Positions 1 to 10,110 of a DNA stretch of 64,000 nucleotides are shown piece after piece; position 1 is the first letter of the stretch; every line of letters begins with the position of its first letter. This DNA is from Candidatus Limnocylindrus sp. GTDB lineage: Bacteria; Chloroflexota; Limnocylindria; Limnocylindrales; Limnocylindraceae. Under the pieces are notes generated by a model. That model did not search any database, was not told the origin of the DNA, and saw nothing but the letters and a program-made list of their open reading frames with translations. The stretch covers positions 21,118-85,117 of the forward strand of contig JBBAWH010000005.1 in NCBI GenBank assembly GCA_040397235.1, given 5' to 3'. Both the position numbers and the translations under genes were made by a program.

Positions 1-7
1 CGCCAGC

Positions 8-1153
8 TTGGGTATCTCTGGCGCAGCGGCGAGCGGCAAGGATGATGTGGGTCGTGCACGTGCCGTCTTCCGCGACCTTCGAACCGTCTCGCTGCTGCTC
101 CCTGCAGTTGTGATTGCGGAGATTCTGCGCACCGCAATCTCATACGCCGCAGTCGACGCCTCTTATGCGACGCCCGCATCGCTCGCCGCAGGAACGGCGC
201 TCGGCGTCTCCATCGTGCTCATCGTGGCTGCAGGGGTCTTCCCCTTCCATGGTCGACTGATCAAAATCTTTGAGGCGCTCCCGATCGTGGGCTCGCTCCT
301 TGTTGGTGTGTGGATCCCCTCGGCACTCGCCCTGATTGTGATGAGTGAACTCTCAGCGCTCTCAAGCAGCATCATCGATCCCCTTGGCGGTGCGATCGTG
401 CCCGGTATCCTGCTCGCTGGAGCGGCAACGCTCATCTTCGGTGCAATCTCTGCCCTGCTGCACGACGATATCGGTGAGATCGTTGGGTTCATCGCCGTGG
501 GTAACGCCGGATGGTTGGCACTCGCCGCGGCAGCAGCCCTACAGTCACCGACCGACACCTCGTCACGCCTGATCGTGCTCCCTGGAATGTTGACCATCTC
601 GCTCTTTGGCCTCTGGCTCGTGAGCGTTCGCCGACGATATGGAACCACCTCCATTAGTGAGCTTGGTGGGTGGGCGCGTCGCACTGGCGCAAATGGGATT
701 GCGCTCGTCGCGGCGATCGTTGCGCTGGCTGCGCTACCGCCTGGTGCCGTGCTGGCCGCCCGACTGAATCTTCTGCTGCTCGGTGGCAATCCACTCATCG
801 CACTCTTTGCGGTGATCGGTCAAGTCATGTTGATCGTTGCAGCGGCTCGACTTCTCCTTATCGGTTTCACGCCGCAGAGTCAGACCGTGCATGAAGCGGA
901 GACCCGACCGTTCGCCAACCTCATCACCTTCTCGCTCGTCGCTGGATCACTCTTCGTTGCGGCAGCGGCATCTGGCTGGCTCGCCCTTGAGTCGGGTGGG
1001 ACTGGTCCACTCCCTCCAGCGCCAAGCGTGTCGCCAGGAACTAGCTTTGACCCGGCTCCGAGCGTTGAGCCAACGCCGAGCGTGACCGCATCACCAGAGG
1101 TGTCGCCAGATGTGAGCCCGTCAGGTAGTGGGGAGATCTCGCCAGCGCCGTAG
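8..1153 (+). CDS. Polytopic membrane protein with a Pro/Ser-rich C-terminal tail. Probably the 3' part of a gene that starts left of the window.
   Basis: Highly hydrophobic multi-TM sequence. C-terminal PAPSV/PTPSV/SPEVSP low-complexity repeats. The ORF starts at base 8 with no obvious upstream signal. Confidence 0.4.
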   Translation: MGISGAAASGKDDVGRARAVFRDLRTVSLLLPAVVIAEILRTAISYAAVDASYATPASLAAGTALGVSIVLIVAAGVFPFHGRLIKIFEALPIVGSLLVGVWIPSALALIVMSELSALSSSIIDPLGGAIVPGILLAGAATLIFGAISALLHDDIGEIVGFIAVGNAGWLALAAAAALQSPTDTSSRLIVLPGMLTISLFGLWLVSVRRRYGTTSISELGGWARRTGANGIALVAAIVALAALPPGAVLAARLNLLLLGGNPLIALFAVIGQVMLIVAAARLLLIGFTPQSQTVHEAETRPFANLITFSLVAGSLFVAAAASGWLALESGGTGPLPPAPSVSPGTSFDPAPSVEPTPSVTASPEVSPDVSPSGSGEISPAP

Positions 1154-1175
1154 CGACCAATGGCCGCGGGGTGAA

Positions 1176-1643
1176 CTACTCCTCGTCGGAGAGGATCCAG
1201 GCGTCGGTGGCGCGGGTGTACTCGACGAGGCCGCCCTCTGGGAACCAGAGTGCGATCTCTGCCGCGGCCGTCTCTGGGGCATCGGAGGCATGAATCAAAT
1301 TCTTTGCAGTCTCCAGCGCGAAGTCGCCGCGAATCGTGCCAGGGGCTGACTCGTGCGGCTTCGTTGCGCCGACCATAGAGCGGACGACGGCGATGGCGTT
1401 CGGCCCCTCAAGGACTATCGCCACAACGGGGCCCGACGAGATGAATTCCACGAGACCCTTGAAGAAGGGGCGCTGTGCGTGCACGGCGTAGTGGGTCTCA
1501 GCGAGCTTCGCGCTCACCGGCGTGATCTTCAGGGCGACGATCTTTAGGCCGCGCTCTTCGAATCGCGTGATCACTCGACCGGCAAGCTGGCGCTGTACGC
1601 CGTCTGGCTTTACGAGGACAAGGGTGCGCTGGCTGGTGCTCAT
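1176..1643 (-). CDS. ndk: Nucleoside diphosphate kinase
   Basis: About 150 aa with the canonical NDK sequence LVLVKPDGVQR...NxxHASD and the active-site His region. Confidence 0.95.
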   Translation of the reverse strand: MSTSQRTLVLVKPDGVQRQLAGRVITRFEERGLKIVALKITPVSAKLAETHYAVHAQRPFFKGLVEFISSGPVVAIVLEGPNAIAVVRSMVGATKPHESAPGTIRGDFALETAKNLIHASDAPETAAAEIALWFPEGGLVEYTRATDAWILSDEE

Positions 1644-1652
1644 TGCTGCAGG

Positions 1653-2123
1653 TTAGCCGATCTCATTCGAGTGCGGTTTGTCGTCGATCGCCGTTGGCCA
1701 CGCGCCAGTTGGGAGTTCAATCTGCACGTACTGCTCGCCGCGATACTCCAACCAGCTCTTCACGGGTGCAGAGTCTGGAATCTGGGTGCCGGCCTGGTAC
1801 GCAATCTCCACCGCATCGGCGCCCGAGCGCAGCACGTAGCGAAGGTTCCCCGGCTCGCTCAGATCAAACTCGATGCTCTCGAAGGCATCAACGTTGATGG
1901 TGATCGTGAGCGGGGTGAAAATTGACGAGACCTCGGGGTCGTCGCCCAACACCTCCTCGACCCAGCCGTGACCGCGGACGATCTGCTCGCCATCGCGGAG
2001 GTGACGGTAGGAGACCGTCTGGTGCAGGAGGGGGCGGAGGATATTCGCCTTATCGGCGCGCTGCACCACGAGGCCTCGATTAACGAAGAGGCCGGGGGCG
2101 CGGTCGTGCTGTTCGTGATCCAT
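1653..2123 (-). CDS. Hypothetical protein
   Basis: 156-aa ORF with no recognisable motifs. Co-directional with ndk. Confidence 0.35.
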   Translation of the reverse strand: MDHEQHDRAPGLFVNRGLVVQRADKANILRPLLHQTVSYRHLRDGEQIVRGHGWVEEVLGDDPEVSSIFTPLTITINVDAFESIEFDLSEPGNLRYVLRSGADAVEIAYQAGTQIPDSAPVKSWLEYRGEQYVQIELPTGAWPTAIDDKPHSNEIG

Positions 2124-2189
2124 GAGGGTGAGAGCCTACCGCAGAGCGGCTCCGCGCCGCACCCGCGCCGCCCGCCCTATCATTGAGCG

Positions 2190-2993
2190 GTGCGCTACGC
2201 CGTTGATCTCGGGAATAGTGCGGCGAAGGCCGCCCTGCTTGGCGGTGCCGTGGTGCGCCTCCCCGCCCCGACCGATCCCCGCGACGCCGTCGCCTGGGGT
2301 GGCGTTGCCGCCGAGCTGATCGCGGCGATACGCGCCGATGCGCAGCGCGCAGGTGGGGCGGCAACCCTCCGTGTTGCGAGCGTAGTGCCAGCCGGCACCG
2401 AGGCGCTCCGTGCTGCAGCGAAGGGCGCGGCCATCCCCATCGAATTTGTGAGCGCCGCCGATGTTCCGCTCGAACTGGCACTCACCCCACCAGCCCAGAT
2501 CGGCATCGACCGTCTCCTTGCCGCATGGCTCGCCTATACGGAGTACGGCGCACCCGCAGGGCGCGGCGCGATCGCCGTGACCCTCGGCACGGCGCTCACC
2601 CTCACCTGCGTCGATCGAGGTGGCCGCCTCATCGGCGGAGCGATCGCTCCGTCTCCGGTGCTCGCCTCCCGCGCCTTGGCCAGCGGCGCCGCCGCACTTC
2701 CACTCGTTGCTATCTATGACGAGAGCCCCGATCTCGCTGGGCCGATTGGGGCCGACACCGCCGAAGCGCTCAGCGCCGGAATTCTTCGTGGTGCACGCGG
2801 TGCCCTCACCGCGCTAATTGGGGAGTCGATTGAAGAGATGTCACGCCGAGATCCAGGTGCGCCAGCTCCCGCCGTGGTGCTGAGTGGTGGTGCCGCACTG
2901 GCCGGATGGTGCGCCACTGTTGCTGCCGATCATCGCGACGCCGAGCTTGTGTTGCGTGCGATCAAGGCACTCCCCGCAGCGGTGCGCGCATGA
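2190..2993 (+). CDS. coaX: Type III pantothenate kinase
   Basis: N-terminal AVDLGNS actin-like ATPase motif, about 260 aa. First gene of a CoA/pantothenate cluster; its stop overlaps the coaBC start (ATGA). Confidence 0.7.
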   Translation: MRYAVDLGNSAAKAALLGGAVVRLPAPTDPRDAVAWGGVAAELIAAIRADAQRAGGAATLRVASVVPAGTEALRAAAKGAAIPIEFVSAADVPLELALTPPAQIGIDRLLAAWLAYTEYGAPAGRGAIAVTLGTALTLTCVDRGGRLIGGAIAPSPVLASRALASGAAALPLVAIYDESPDLAGPIGADTAEALSAGILRGARGALTALIGESIEEMSRRDPGAPAPAVVLSGGAALAGWCATVAADHRDAELVLRAIKALPAAVRA

Positions 2994-4294
2994 GCAAGCG
3001 CCTCGCCGGACGACTCATCGTCCTCGGCATCACCGGCTCCATTGCCGCCTACAAGTCGCCAGAGGTCGTGCGTGCACTGCGCGCTGAGGGTGCCGATGTG
3101 CAGGCGCTCCTCACCCCAGCTGCCACGCGGTTCGTCTCGCCACTCACCCTACGCACCCTTACCGGGCACGCCGTTGATGCCGACCTTCTCGACCTTCTCC
3201 CCGACGGCCGTATCGGTCACATCGTTGCCGCCGACTCCGCCGATGCGATGCTGATTGCGCCAGCGACCGCGCAGTGGATCGGCGCCATGGCGAACGGTCT
3301 CGCCGGAGATGTGGTCACCGCCGCCTGCCTCGCCACCACCGCACCCGTGATCGTTGCGCCAGCGATGGATGGCGAGATGTGGGCGCATGCCGCAACGCAA
3401 ACAAATGCAGCGCGACTGCGCGATGACTTTGGCTACGCACTTGTTGCACCAGACAGTGGCGCGCTCGCGAGTGGTGCCACCGGCGTCGGCCGCCTCGCCG
3501 AAACTGCGGCGATAGTTGATGCCGTAGTGGCTGCCATTGGCGCCGCACCGATTCGCGAACCGAACGAGAGCCGCCGTCCGCCGGCGGTGCCCGCTGGCGA
3601 CCTCTCGGGGCGTCGGATCGTTGTCACCGCTGGTGGCACCGAAGAACCGATTGATTCGGTGCGCATCTTGGCGAACCGCTCGTCGGGTCGTCAGGGGATC
3701 GCCCTTGCCGAGGCGGCGCGCGATCGAGGCGCCGACGTCACCCTGATCGCTGCCCGTGTTAGCGTGCCGCTCCCTGATGGGGTCACCATCGTGCGCGCCA
3801 TGAGCGTTAACGCACTTGATGCTGCACTGCGCCACGCACTCCTCGCCGCACCGCACGGCGGTGCAGCAACCCCCGCCGATGCGCTCATTGCCACCGCCGC
3901 CGTCTCTGATTTCCGTGTCGCGGGCGGCCCGCTGACAGAGAAGTTACGTCGCGATGGCGAGATCACCCTGCGCCTGACGCCAACCCCCGACCTTCTCTCC
4001 GGATTAGCGCAGGCGCTCGGCCCACGTGCCACGCGCCAAACCCTGCTCGTAGGCTTCTCGGCAGAGGCGAGTGCAACACCACGGGCACGCGAGAAGTTGC
4101 AGGGCAAGGACCTTGACCTCATCGTCGCCAACGACGTCACGGCACCCGGCATCGGTTTTGAGAGCGCCGAGAATGCGGCAGAGATCATTGGGGCCGACGA
4201 CCTCGTCACCCGTGTGGGCCCGGCGCCGAAGCGTGTTGTGGCCGACGCCATCCTGGATCGAGTGGCGGCGCTCCTCTCAACGCGAGCAGGCTGA
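2990..4294 (+). CDS. coaBC: Bifunctional phosphopantothenoylcysteine decarboxylase / phosphopantothenate-cysteine ligase
   Basis: N-terminal flavoprotein domain (LGITGSIAAYK), C-terminal CoaB ligase domain. Start moved to the internal ATG at 2990 (MSKRLAGR); the longer ORF from 2906 overlaps coaX. Confidence 0.9.
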   Translation: MSKRLAGRLIVLGITGSIAAYKSPEVVRALRAEGADVQALLTPAATRFVSPLTLRTLTGHAVDADLLDLLPDGRIGHIVAADSADAMLIAPATAQWIGAMANGLAGDVVTAACLATTAPVIVAPAMDGEMWAHAATQTNAARLRDDFGYALVAPDSGALASGATGVGRLAETAAIVDAVVAAIGAAPIREPNESRRPPAVPAGDLSGRRIVVTAGGTEEPIDSVRILANRSSGRQGIALAEAARDRGADVTLIAARVSVPLPDGVTIVRAMSVNALDAALRHALLAAPHGGAATPADALIATAAVSDFRVAGGPLTEKLRRDGEITLRLTPTPDLLSGLAQALGPRATRQTLLVGFSAEASATPRAREKLQGKDLDLIVANDVTAPGIGFESAENAAEIIGADDLVTRVGPAPKRVVADAILDRVAALLSTRAG

Positions 4295-5133
4295 TGGCAC
4301 GGCACACCGTTGCCGACATGCGCGCCGCACGCGCCGCGGGTGGCCACTTCGCCGTTGTCACCGCATGGGATCGCCCCACCGCTGAGTTCGCCGAGGCGGC
4401 TGGCATTCAATTCTTGCTCGTGGGCGATTCACTTGCACAGGTTGTGCTCGGACATGAGTCGACCGTTCGCGTAGGAATGAGCGAGATGCTGCACCACACC
4501 GCCGCCGTCGTTCGCTCAACGAGCACCGCACTGGTGATCGGCGACATGCCCTTCCTTTCGTATGTGGATGTGCCAACCGCCGCAGAGAACGCCGCGCACT
4601 TCATCCGCGATGCTGGTGCTGGTGCCGTGAAGCTCGAGGGTGGCGTCGCCGTCGCCCCCGTCGTTGCTGCGCTCGTGCGCAGTGGCGTTCCCGTGATTGG
4701 GCACATTGGCTTCACGCCGCAGTCGTCACTGAATGAGAGCAAGCCGCGCGCGAAGGGTCGCCTCCCCGAGGCGGCGGCGGCGCTCCTCGAGGATGCGATC
4801 ACCCTGCAGGAGGCCGGCGCATCGGCAGTCGTGATCGAACTCGTGCCGCAGGAGCTTGCAGCCGCGATCACCAGCCGCCTCACGATTCCAACCATCGGCA
4901 TCGGCGCGGGTGCCGGCTGCACCGCACAGGTGCAGGTGCTCCCCGATCTGCTCGGCCTACTCGGCGCGGCCGCACCACGCCACGCTGGGCGCATCGCCAA
5001 CCTTCGCGACGAGGCGATCGCCGCCCTCACCACCTGGCGAACCAGCGTGGAGTCGGGGAGCTTCCCCACCGCAGCGCAGGGGATTGCTGGCGACGCAACA
5101 CTGATCGCCGCCCTTGACGAGCTTCCGCGCTAG
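4294..5133 (+). CDS. panB: 3-methyl-2-oxobutanoate hydroxymethyltransferase (ketopantoate hydroxymethyltransferase)
   Basis: Conserved PanB segments (VTAWD, LLVGDSL..VVLG, GDMPFLSY). Its start overlaps the coaBC stop. Confidence 0.85.
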   Translation: MARHTVADMRAARAAGGHFAVVTAWDRPTAEFAEAAGIQFLLVGDSLAQVVLGHESTVRVGMSEMLHHTAAVVRSTSTALVIGDMPFLSYVDVPTAAENAAHFIRDAGAGAVKLEGGVAVAPVVAALVRSGVPVIGHIGFTPQSSLNESKPRAKGRLPEAAAALLEDAITLQEAGASAVVIELVPQELAAAITSRLTIPTIGIGAGAGCTAQVQVLPDLLGLLGAAAPRHAGRIANLRDEAIAALTTWRTSVESGSFPTAAQGIAGDATLIAALDELPR

Positions 5134-5148
5134 CTCAGGCTCTGGGCG

Positions 5149-6009
5149 ATGCGTACCGTCACCACTCGTTCCGAACTCGAGCAGGCTCTCGCCCAACTCC
5201 CCCGCCCGGTTGCGCTCGTACCCACCATGGGGGCGCTCCACGCCGGTCATGCGGCGCTGATCACCGCCGCGCGCCGCACCGCTGCCACCGTGGTCCTCTC
5301 GATCTTCGTCAATCCACGACAGTTCGGATCTGCCGCTGACGTGGCGCAATACCCGCGCACCCTTGCGGCCGACCAGCACGCTGCCGAGGCGGCTGGTGCG
5401 CACCTACTATTCGCCCCCGGCGTTGACGAGATCTATCCGCCCGGTGAACCAGTTGCAACAATTGATCCAGGTCCGCTCGCCACGCGGCTTGAGGGCGCCT
5501 CGCGGCCCGGGCACTTCGCTGGCGTGGCGACCGTTGTATCTCGACTCTTTGATCTGGTACACCCCGACCAGGCTCTCTTCGGCGCGAAGGATGCGCAGCA
5601 GGTGCGCGTCATCGAATGGATGGCGGCGCGGCGCAGCGACGGAATTACAATCCACCGCGTGGCAACGGTGCGCGATGGTGATGATCTTGCACTCAGCTCG
5701 CGCAATCAGAAGCTCTCAGCGAGCGGTCGCATCGCGGCGGCAAAGGCGATCCCCGTCGCCCTCTCGCTCATCGCCGAGGCGTGTGCCTCAGGGGTTACGA
5801 GCGTTGCCGCGCTCCGGGCACTCGCCGAGCGGGTGATCGCTGCAGAGCCAAGCGTCGCGCTCGACTACCTCGACTTCGCCGAGAGCGCAACGCTCGCGCC
5901 ACTTGCAGAAGGTGCACAGGTTGGTGATGCCGCATCTGGCGAGGCGCTTATCTCTCTCGCCGCCGTTGTTGATGGAGTGCGCCTGATCGACGCGATCACG
6001 CTCCCGTAG
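5149..6009 (+). CDS. panC: Pantoate--beta-alanine ligase (pantothenate synthetase)
   Basis: PTMGALHAGH HIGH-type motif. About 285 aa, typical of PanC. Confidence 0.9.
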   Translation: MRTVTTRSELEQALAQLPRPVALVPTMGALHAGHAALITAARRTAATVVLSIFVNPRQFGSAADVAQYPRTLAADQHAAEAAGAHLLFAPGVDEIYPPGEPVATIDPGPLATRLEGASRPGHFAGVATVVSRLFDLVHPDQALFGAKDAQQVRVIEWMAARRSDGITIHRVATVRDGDDLALSSRNQKLSASGRIAAAKAIPVALSLIAEACASGVTSVAALRALAERVIAAEPSVALDYLDFAESATLAPLAEGAQVGDAASGEALISLAAVVDGVRLIDAITLP

Positions 6010-6018
6010 GGGCGTCGG

Positions 6019-7182
6019 CTAGCGCGTTGGAACGGGGCGTGCCGCCGCAAGGATGCGGCTCACGTCGAGTGAGCCGGCAACGAGCTGCTTGATCTCTTCA
6101 ATCTTGCGCAGGTCTTCAGGGTGTGTCTTCACCAGTAGGTCGTGCACGTTTGAGGCAACGCTGTACGTATCACCCTCCATCAACACCGCGAAGATGTTCG
6201 CCTTACGAATCATCTCCAGCACTCGGGCGCTCGGTCGATAGCCGCCGCTAAGGACGAAGCCGAGCGGTCGGTTCGGATGATCTTTCCCGTCAAGCCATAG
6301 CTGCGTGAGCACCTCGATCACATCCTCGCGGTCACCAGGAACGACTACGAGGGCGCTCTCGCCGATGCGCTGCATCACATGCTCAGGCTGCATCGCGGCA
6401 ACGGAGACGCGACCGATGATTGCGTCCATGTCGCGGCCTGGCCAGAGCGTCTCCCCTTGCAAACCATCTTCGATGATCGCCAGCGTGGGGTTCGAAAGAA
6501 TCTGGCGATACGGAAGGACACCGAGGAGCGGAATTCCGTGGCGCTCTAGCCCCTTCTCAAGGAGTCGCGGCAACTCTGGCTGCAGGTCAAGGTCAACCTT
6601 GTTGACGATCGCCCCCGCAACCTCAACGCCACGCGCGGCGAAGAGTGCCGCGTTCAACACGATCTCGTCGATCGGTCGGCCGATACCGCCCTCGCTGACG
6701 ATGATCACCGGTGCGCCGAGCAGTGCGGCAACATCGGCGTTACTCAGGCCGATCACGGCACCAACGCCCGCATGCCCTGTCCCCTCGAGCAGCAGCAGTT
6801 CGTGCCTCTGTGCGAGCTCCACCTGGGCGGCGATGATCTTCGCGCTGAGGTCTTCGACCACCTGTCCCTCGATTACCTTGCGCGTGAAGCCGCGCGGAAT
6901 CTGCACCGGCGAGAGAAGGGCGACCGCATCGGTCAGATCAAACACGCCGCGCATCAGGGCGGCATCTTCGTCGGCGGGGGTGTTGTCGATGGTGATCCAG
7001 CGTTGGCCAACAGGCTTCATGAATCCCGTGTCCAGCCCCTGCGCGCGGAAGGCGGCAAAGAGTCCGAGTGAGGTGGTTGTCTTGCCGCGGTTCTGCCCCG
7101 TCGCGGCGAGGAAGAGCTGCCGTGCGCCCGCGGCGCCGGTCATCGGGTTACGCCTCTTCGCGCGGCGCGGTGCGACGCTCAA
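6019..7182 (-). CDS. DRTGG-domain protein with an N-terminal BioD/CobQ-like P-loop domain (phosphotransacetylase N-terminal-like)
   Basis: Nucleotide-binding region TGQNRGKTTTSLGL, then a DRTGG-like C-terminal region (VVVPGDREDV). Convergent with panC across a 9-bp gap. Confidence 0.5.
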   Translation of the reverse strand: MSVAPRRAKRRNPMTGAAGARQLFLAATGQNRGKTTTSLGLFAAFRAQGLDTGFMKPVGQRWITIDNTPADEDAALMRGVFDLTDAVALLSPVQIPRGFTRKVIEGQVVEDLSAKIIAAQVELAQRHELLLLEGTGHAGVGAVIGLSNADVAALLGAPVIIVSEGGIGRPIDEIVLNAALFAARGVEVAGAIVNKVDLDLQPELPRLLEKGLERHGIPLLGVLPYRQILSNPTLAIIEDGLQGETLWPGRDMDAIIGRVSVAAMQPEHVMQRIGESALVVVPGDREDVIEVLTQLWLDGKDHPNRPLGFVLSGGYRPSARVLEMIRKANIFAVLMEGDTYSVASNVHDLLVKTHPEDLRKIEEIKQLVAGSLDVSRILAAARPVPTR

Positions 7183-7765
7183 TCAGGTTGACCGCCTCTT
7201 TAAGGCGCGTCACCGACTCTAGGTCAACATCCTCGCGGCTGATGTGTGTGCCGAGCTTATCGAGCACTTCGGCGGCAACTTCAAGGAAGACATTGGCGTC
7301 GGCGATAAAGAACTCCGACTCGTTGCTGTAGCGCACGAAGGTGAGTCGCCCCTGCAACGTTCGTCGGTCGTCGGCATGGGCAACCTGCGTGGTGAAGTTA
7401 TGCCCCTGAATGCCGTCGGGGTTGGAGAGGAAGCTCAGCGCGTTATCAATCGCGAGACCGAAGCGCGCGCGCCAGCCGGCGAGACGATCGATCACCTCGG
7501 CTGGCAGTCGTAGCTCTGTCACCTCGTCGAAGACCTCGGGGGCTGCCGTGAGTGCCGTCACCAAGGTGGCCCCCTGGCGCTGGCCGAGCATCGCCTGGAG
7601 CGAACGCTCCAGCGTGACCACCTCGGCGTCGAAGTGGCTCGAGGTGATCAGGTCAACGAGCAGGTCCTCAACGTTGTCGAGCGCCGAACCCTCGGTGAGC
7701 GCAGCGGCAAGCGCGAGGATCTCCTCGCGAAAGAGAAAGCGCTCTTCGTGGTCTAGGCCAGCCAT
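7148..7765 (-). CDS. Hypothetical protein
   Basis: 205-aa ORF between gdhA and the DRTGG gene on the same strand. Overlaps the DRTGG gene start by 35 bp. No recognisable motif. Confidence 0.35.
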   Translation of the reverse strand: MAGLDHEERFLFREEILALAAALTEGSALDNVEDLLVDLITSSHFDAEVVTLERSLQAMLGQRQGATLVTALTAAPEVFDEVTELRLPAEVIDRLAGWRARFGLAIDNALSFLSNPDGIQGHNFTTQVAHADDRRTLQGRLTFVRYSNESEFFIADANVFLEVAAEVLDKLGTHISREDVDLESVTRLKEAVNLIERRTAPREEA

Positions 7766-7790
7766 GTGCGCATCCTAGCGCGCAGAGGGT

Positions 7791-9041
7791 TTACGGGTAG
7801 ATACCCCGCACCGTCATGGCATCGGCAACACGCTGCACCGAGAGGAGATATGCGCCTGTGCGCAGGTGGCTCTTCTCCTTCTGGGCCATGTCGTAGACCT
7901 CGTGGAAGGCGCGAACCATCTTCTGCTCGAGGCGAACATTGACCTCTTCCTCCTCCCAGAAGTCGCGGTTCAGGTTCTGCACCCACTCGAAGTAGCTCAC
8001 CGTCACACCACCTGCGTTGCAGAGGATGTCAGGGATCACCATGGCGCCGCTCGCGAAGAGGATGTCGTCCGCCTCTGGCGTCGTTGGTCCGTTCGCCGCC
8101 TCGGCGACGATCTTCGTCTTGATCTTGCCGGCATTCTCCGCAGTGATCTGATTCTCGAGGGCCGCTGGAATGAGCACGTCGCAGGCGATCTCCAGGATCG
8201 CCTGGTTGCTCACCAGCGTTGCGCCAGCAAAGCCGACGACACTCCCGGTCTTCTTCTTATGCGCATCGACTGCAGCAAGGTCGAGGCCGGCTGGGTTGTG
8301 GATGCCGCCGCTGCTGTCGGAAACGGCGATCACCTTCGAGCCGAGCTCGCTGATCAGCCGCGCCGCAATGGATCCGGCGTTGCCGTACCCCTGCACCACG
8401 ACCGTTGCACCCTTCAGGTTGAGGTTGATCTTGCCCGCCGCTTCGCGAATGCAGAAGACTGCACCACGCGCCGTTGCCTCGTTGCGGCCCTTCGAGCCGC
8501 CGAGCGCAATCGGCTTACCGGTCACCACACCAGGAACGGTGTAGCCGACATGCATGGAATAGGTGTCCATCATCCAGGCCATCGTCTGGCTGTTGGTGTT
8601 CACATCAGGCGCAGGAATATCAGACTCTGGCCCAATGATGACCGCGATCTCTGTGGTGAAGCGGCGCGTCAGGCGCTCAAGTTCACCGAGTGACAACTTC
8701 TTCGGGTCAACGGTGACGCCACCCTTGCCGCCGCCATACGGAAGATCCATCACGGCACACTTCCACGACATCCACATGGAGAGGGCCTTTACCTCTTCGA
8801 TGTTCACGTCCTGGTGGAAGCGGATGCCGCCCTTCGCTGGGCCGCGTCCGAGGTTGTGCTGCACGCGGTGCCCCTCGAAGACTCGGGTTGATCCGTCGTC
8901 CATGCGCACAGGGAAGTGCACCGTGAGCTGTCGGCGTGGCTCGCGCAAGACGGCGGCGATGCCGGAGTCGAGGCCGAGCCGCTTTGCGGCAAGGTCGAAC
9001 TGCTGCTGCGCAACTGCCCAGGCGCTCTTCTGTGGAGTCAT
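7791..9041 (-). CDS. gdhA: NAD(P)-specific glutamate dehydrogenase
   Basis: Glu/Leu/Phe/Val dehydrogenase signatures (GGGKGG, QGYGNAG). Start set at the ATG at 9041 (MTPQKS), preceded by GAGGAGAGG. The listed ORF extends to a TTG at 9125. Confidence 0.9.
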   Translation of the reverse strand: MTPQKSAWAVAQQQFDLAAKRLGLDSGIAAVLREPRRQLTVHFPVRMDDGSTRVFEGHRVQHNLGRGPAKGGIRFHQDVNIEEVKALSMWMSWKCAVMDLPYGGGKGGVTVDPKKLSLGELERLTRRFTTEIAVIIGPESDIPAPDVNTNSQTMAWMMDTYSMHVGYTVPGVVTGKPIALGGSKGRNEATARGAVFCIREAAGKINLNLKGATVVVQGYGNAGSIAARLISELGSKVIAVSDSSGGIHNPAGLDLAAVDAHKKKTGSVVGFAGATLVSNQAILEIACDVLIPAALENQITAENAGKIKTKIVAEAANGPTTPEADDILFASGAMVIPDILCNAGGVTVSYFEWVQNLNRDFWEEEEVNVRLEQKMVRAFHEVYDMAQKEKSHLRTGAYLLSVQRVADAMTVRGIYP

Positions 9042-9186
9042 CGTTTCGTACCTCTCCTCTGCCGCCCTGGCGGGTGCCTGGCGGACGCCGTGCGGCGAAC
9101 TCCCCCACCCTACAACGCGCCCCAAAAAGACGTTGCGCGTAGGTTGCGGCGTGCTCCCGCCCGTGCGGCGCGGCGAGCCTTTGTGG

Positions 9187-10041
9187 CTAGGCGCGGATCA
9201 GCGCGACGCCGAGACCCTTCGGGCCGGTGTGTGGGCCAATGGCCGCACCCGCTCGAACGATCCCTGGCTTCAGGGCGGCGATCTCAGGGAACCGAGCGCA
9301 GACCTCGTCACGGAACGCCTCGATGTCGGGCGCTTCCGAATGGAGCATGGTCAGCTCCTGAATTGGTGATGCGCCGATGAGCTCCATGAAACGCTCGCGC
9401 GCCTTCGCCGTAGTTCGTGGCTTATCGAGGGTGACAACCTCACCATCAATGATGTCGATGATCGGCTTCACCGAAAGGAGTCCACCGATCGCCGCTCGCG
9501 CTGGGCTAATGCGGCCGCCGGCCTTCAAGTAGTCCAGTGAGTCAAGGAAGAAGATCACGTGCGTCTTTGGAATGAGCTCACCGAGCTCAGCGACGATCTG
9601 TGGCGCCTTCCAGCCTTCGGCGGCGCGATGATAGGCGCGCGCAACGAGCAGCCCCTCGGCCGCCGATGCGGTCGCGGTATCAACGAGATGAATGTTCTTC
9701 GACTGCGGATGATCCGCGGCGGCAATCTCGGCGTTCCGATACGTCGCCGAAAGCTTCGAGGCGACGTGCACCGAGACGATCTCTTTTGCACCACCGGCAA
9801 ACGCCTTGTCATACGCCGCGGTAAAGGCGGCGGGTGGCGGAGCTGCGGTCTTTGGGAATGGTGCCCCAGGTGCGGTGAGTCGCTTCCAGAACTGATCCAT
9901 GGAGAGCTCCTCGTTCACCTTGAAGCTCTCGGAGCCGAAGGAGACGATGACCGGCACGATGGTGATGCCGAGCCGCTTGGCTGCATCAGGTGGAATGTCC
10001 GATGCGCTGTCGGTGATGATTGCAACCGTTGACTTCGCCAT
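9187..10041 (-). CDS. DegV family fatty-acid-binding protein
   Basis: DegV N-terminal motif VAIITDSASDIP and C-terminal GPHTGPKGLGVAL. Start taken at MAKSTVAI. Confidence 0.75.
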   Translation of the reverse strand: MAKSTVAIITDSASDIPPDAAKRLGITIVPVIVSFGSESFKVNEELSMDQFWKRLTAPGAPFPKTAAPPPAAFTAAYDKAFAGGAKEIVSVHVASKLSATYRNAEIAAADHPQSKNIHLVDTATASAAEGLLVARAYHRAAEGWKAPQIVAELGELIPKTHVIFFLDSLDYLKAGGRISPARAAIGGLLSVKPIIDIIDGEVVTLDKPRTTAKARERFMELIGASPIQELTMLHSEAPDIEAFRDEVCARFPEIAALKPGIVRAGAAIGPHTGPKGLGVALIRA

Positions 10042-10110
10042 GGTGTCTCTGCCTCCCAGCATGCGTGCGGGCAGATCGCCCCCACGTCTCCTAGAGTCTA
10101 TCGGCGCCGA

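Noticed and set aside
163-798. 211-aa minus-strand ORF
   Set aside because: It is antisense to the hydrophobic membrane-protein ORF and its translation is Ser/Ala/Pro-rich low complexity.
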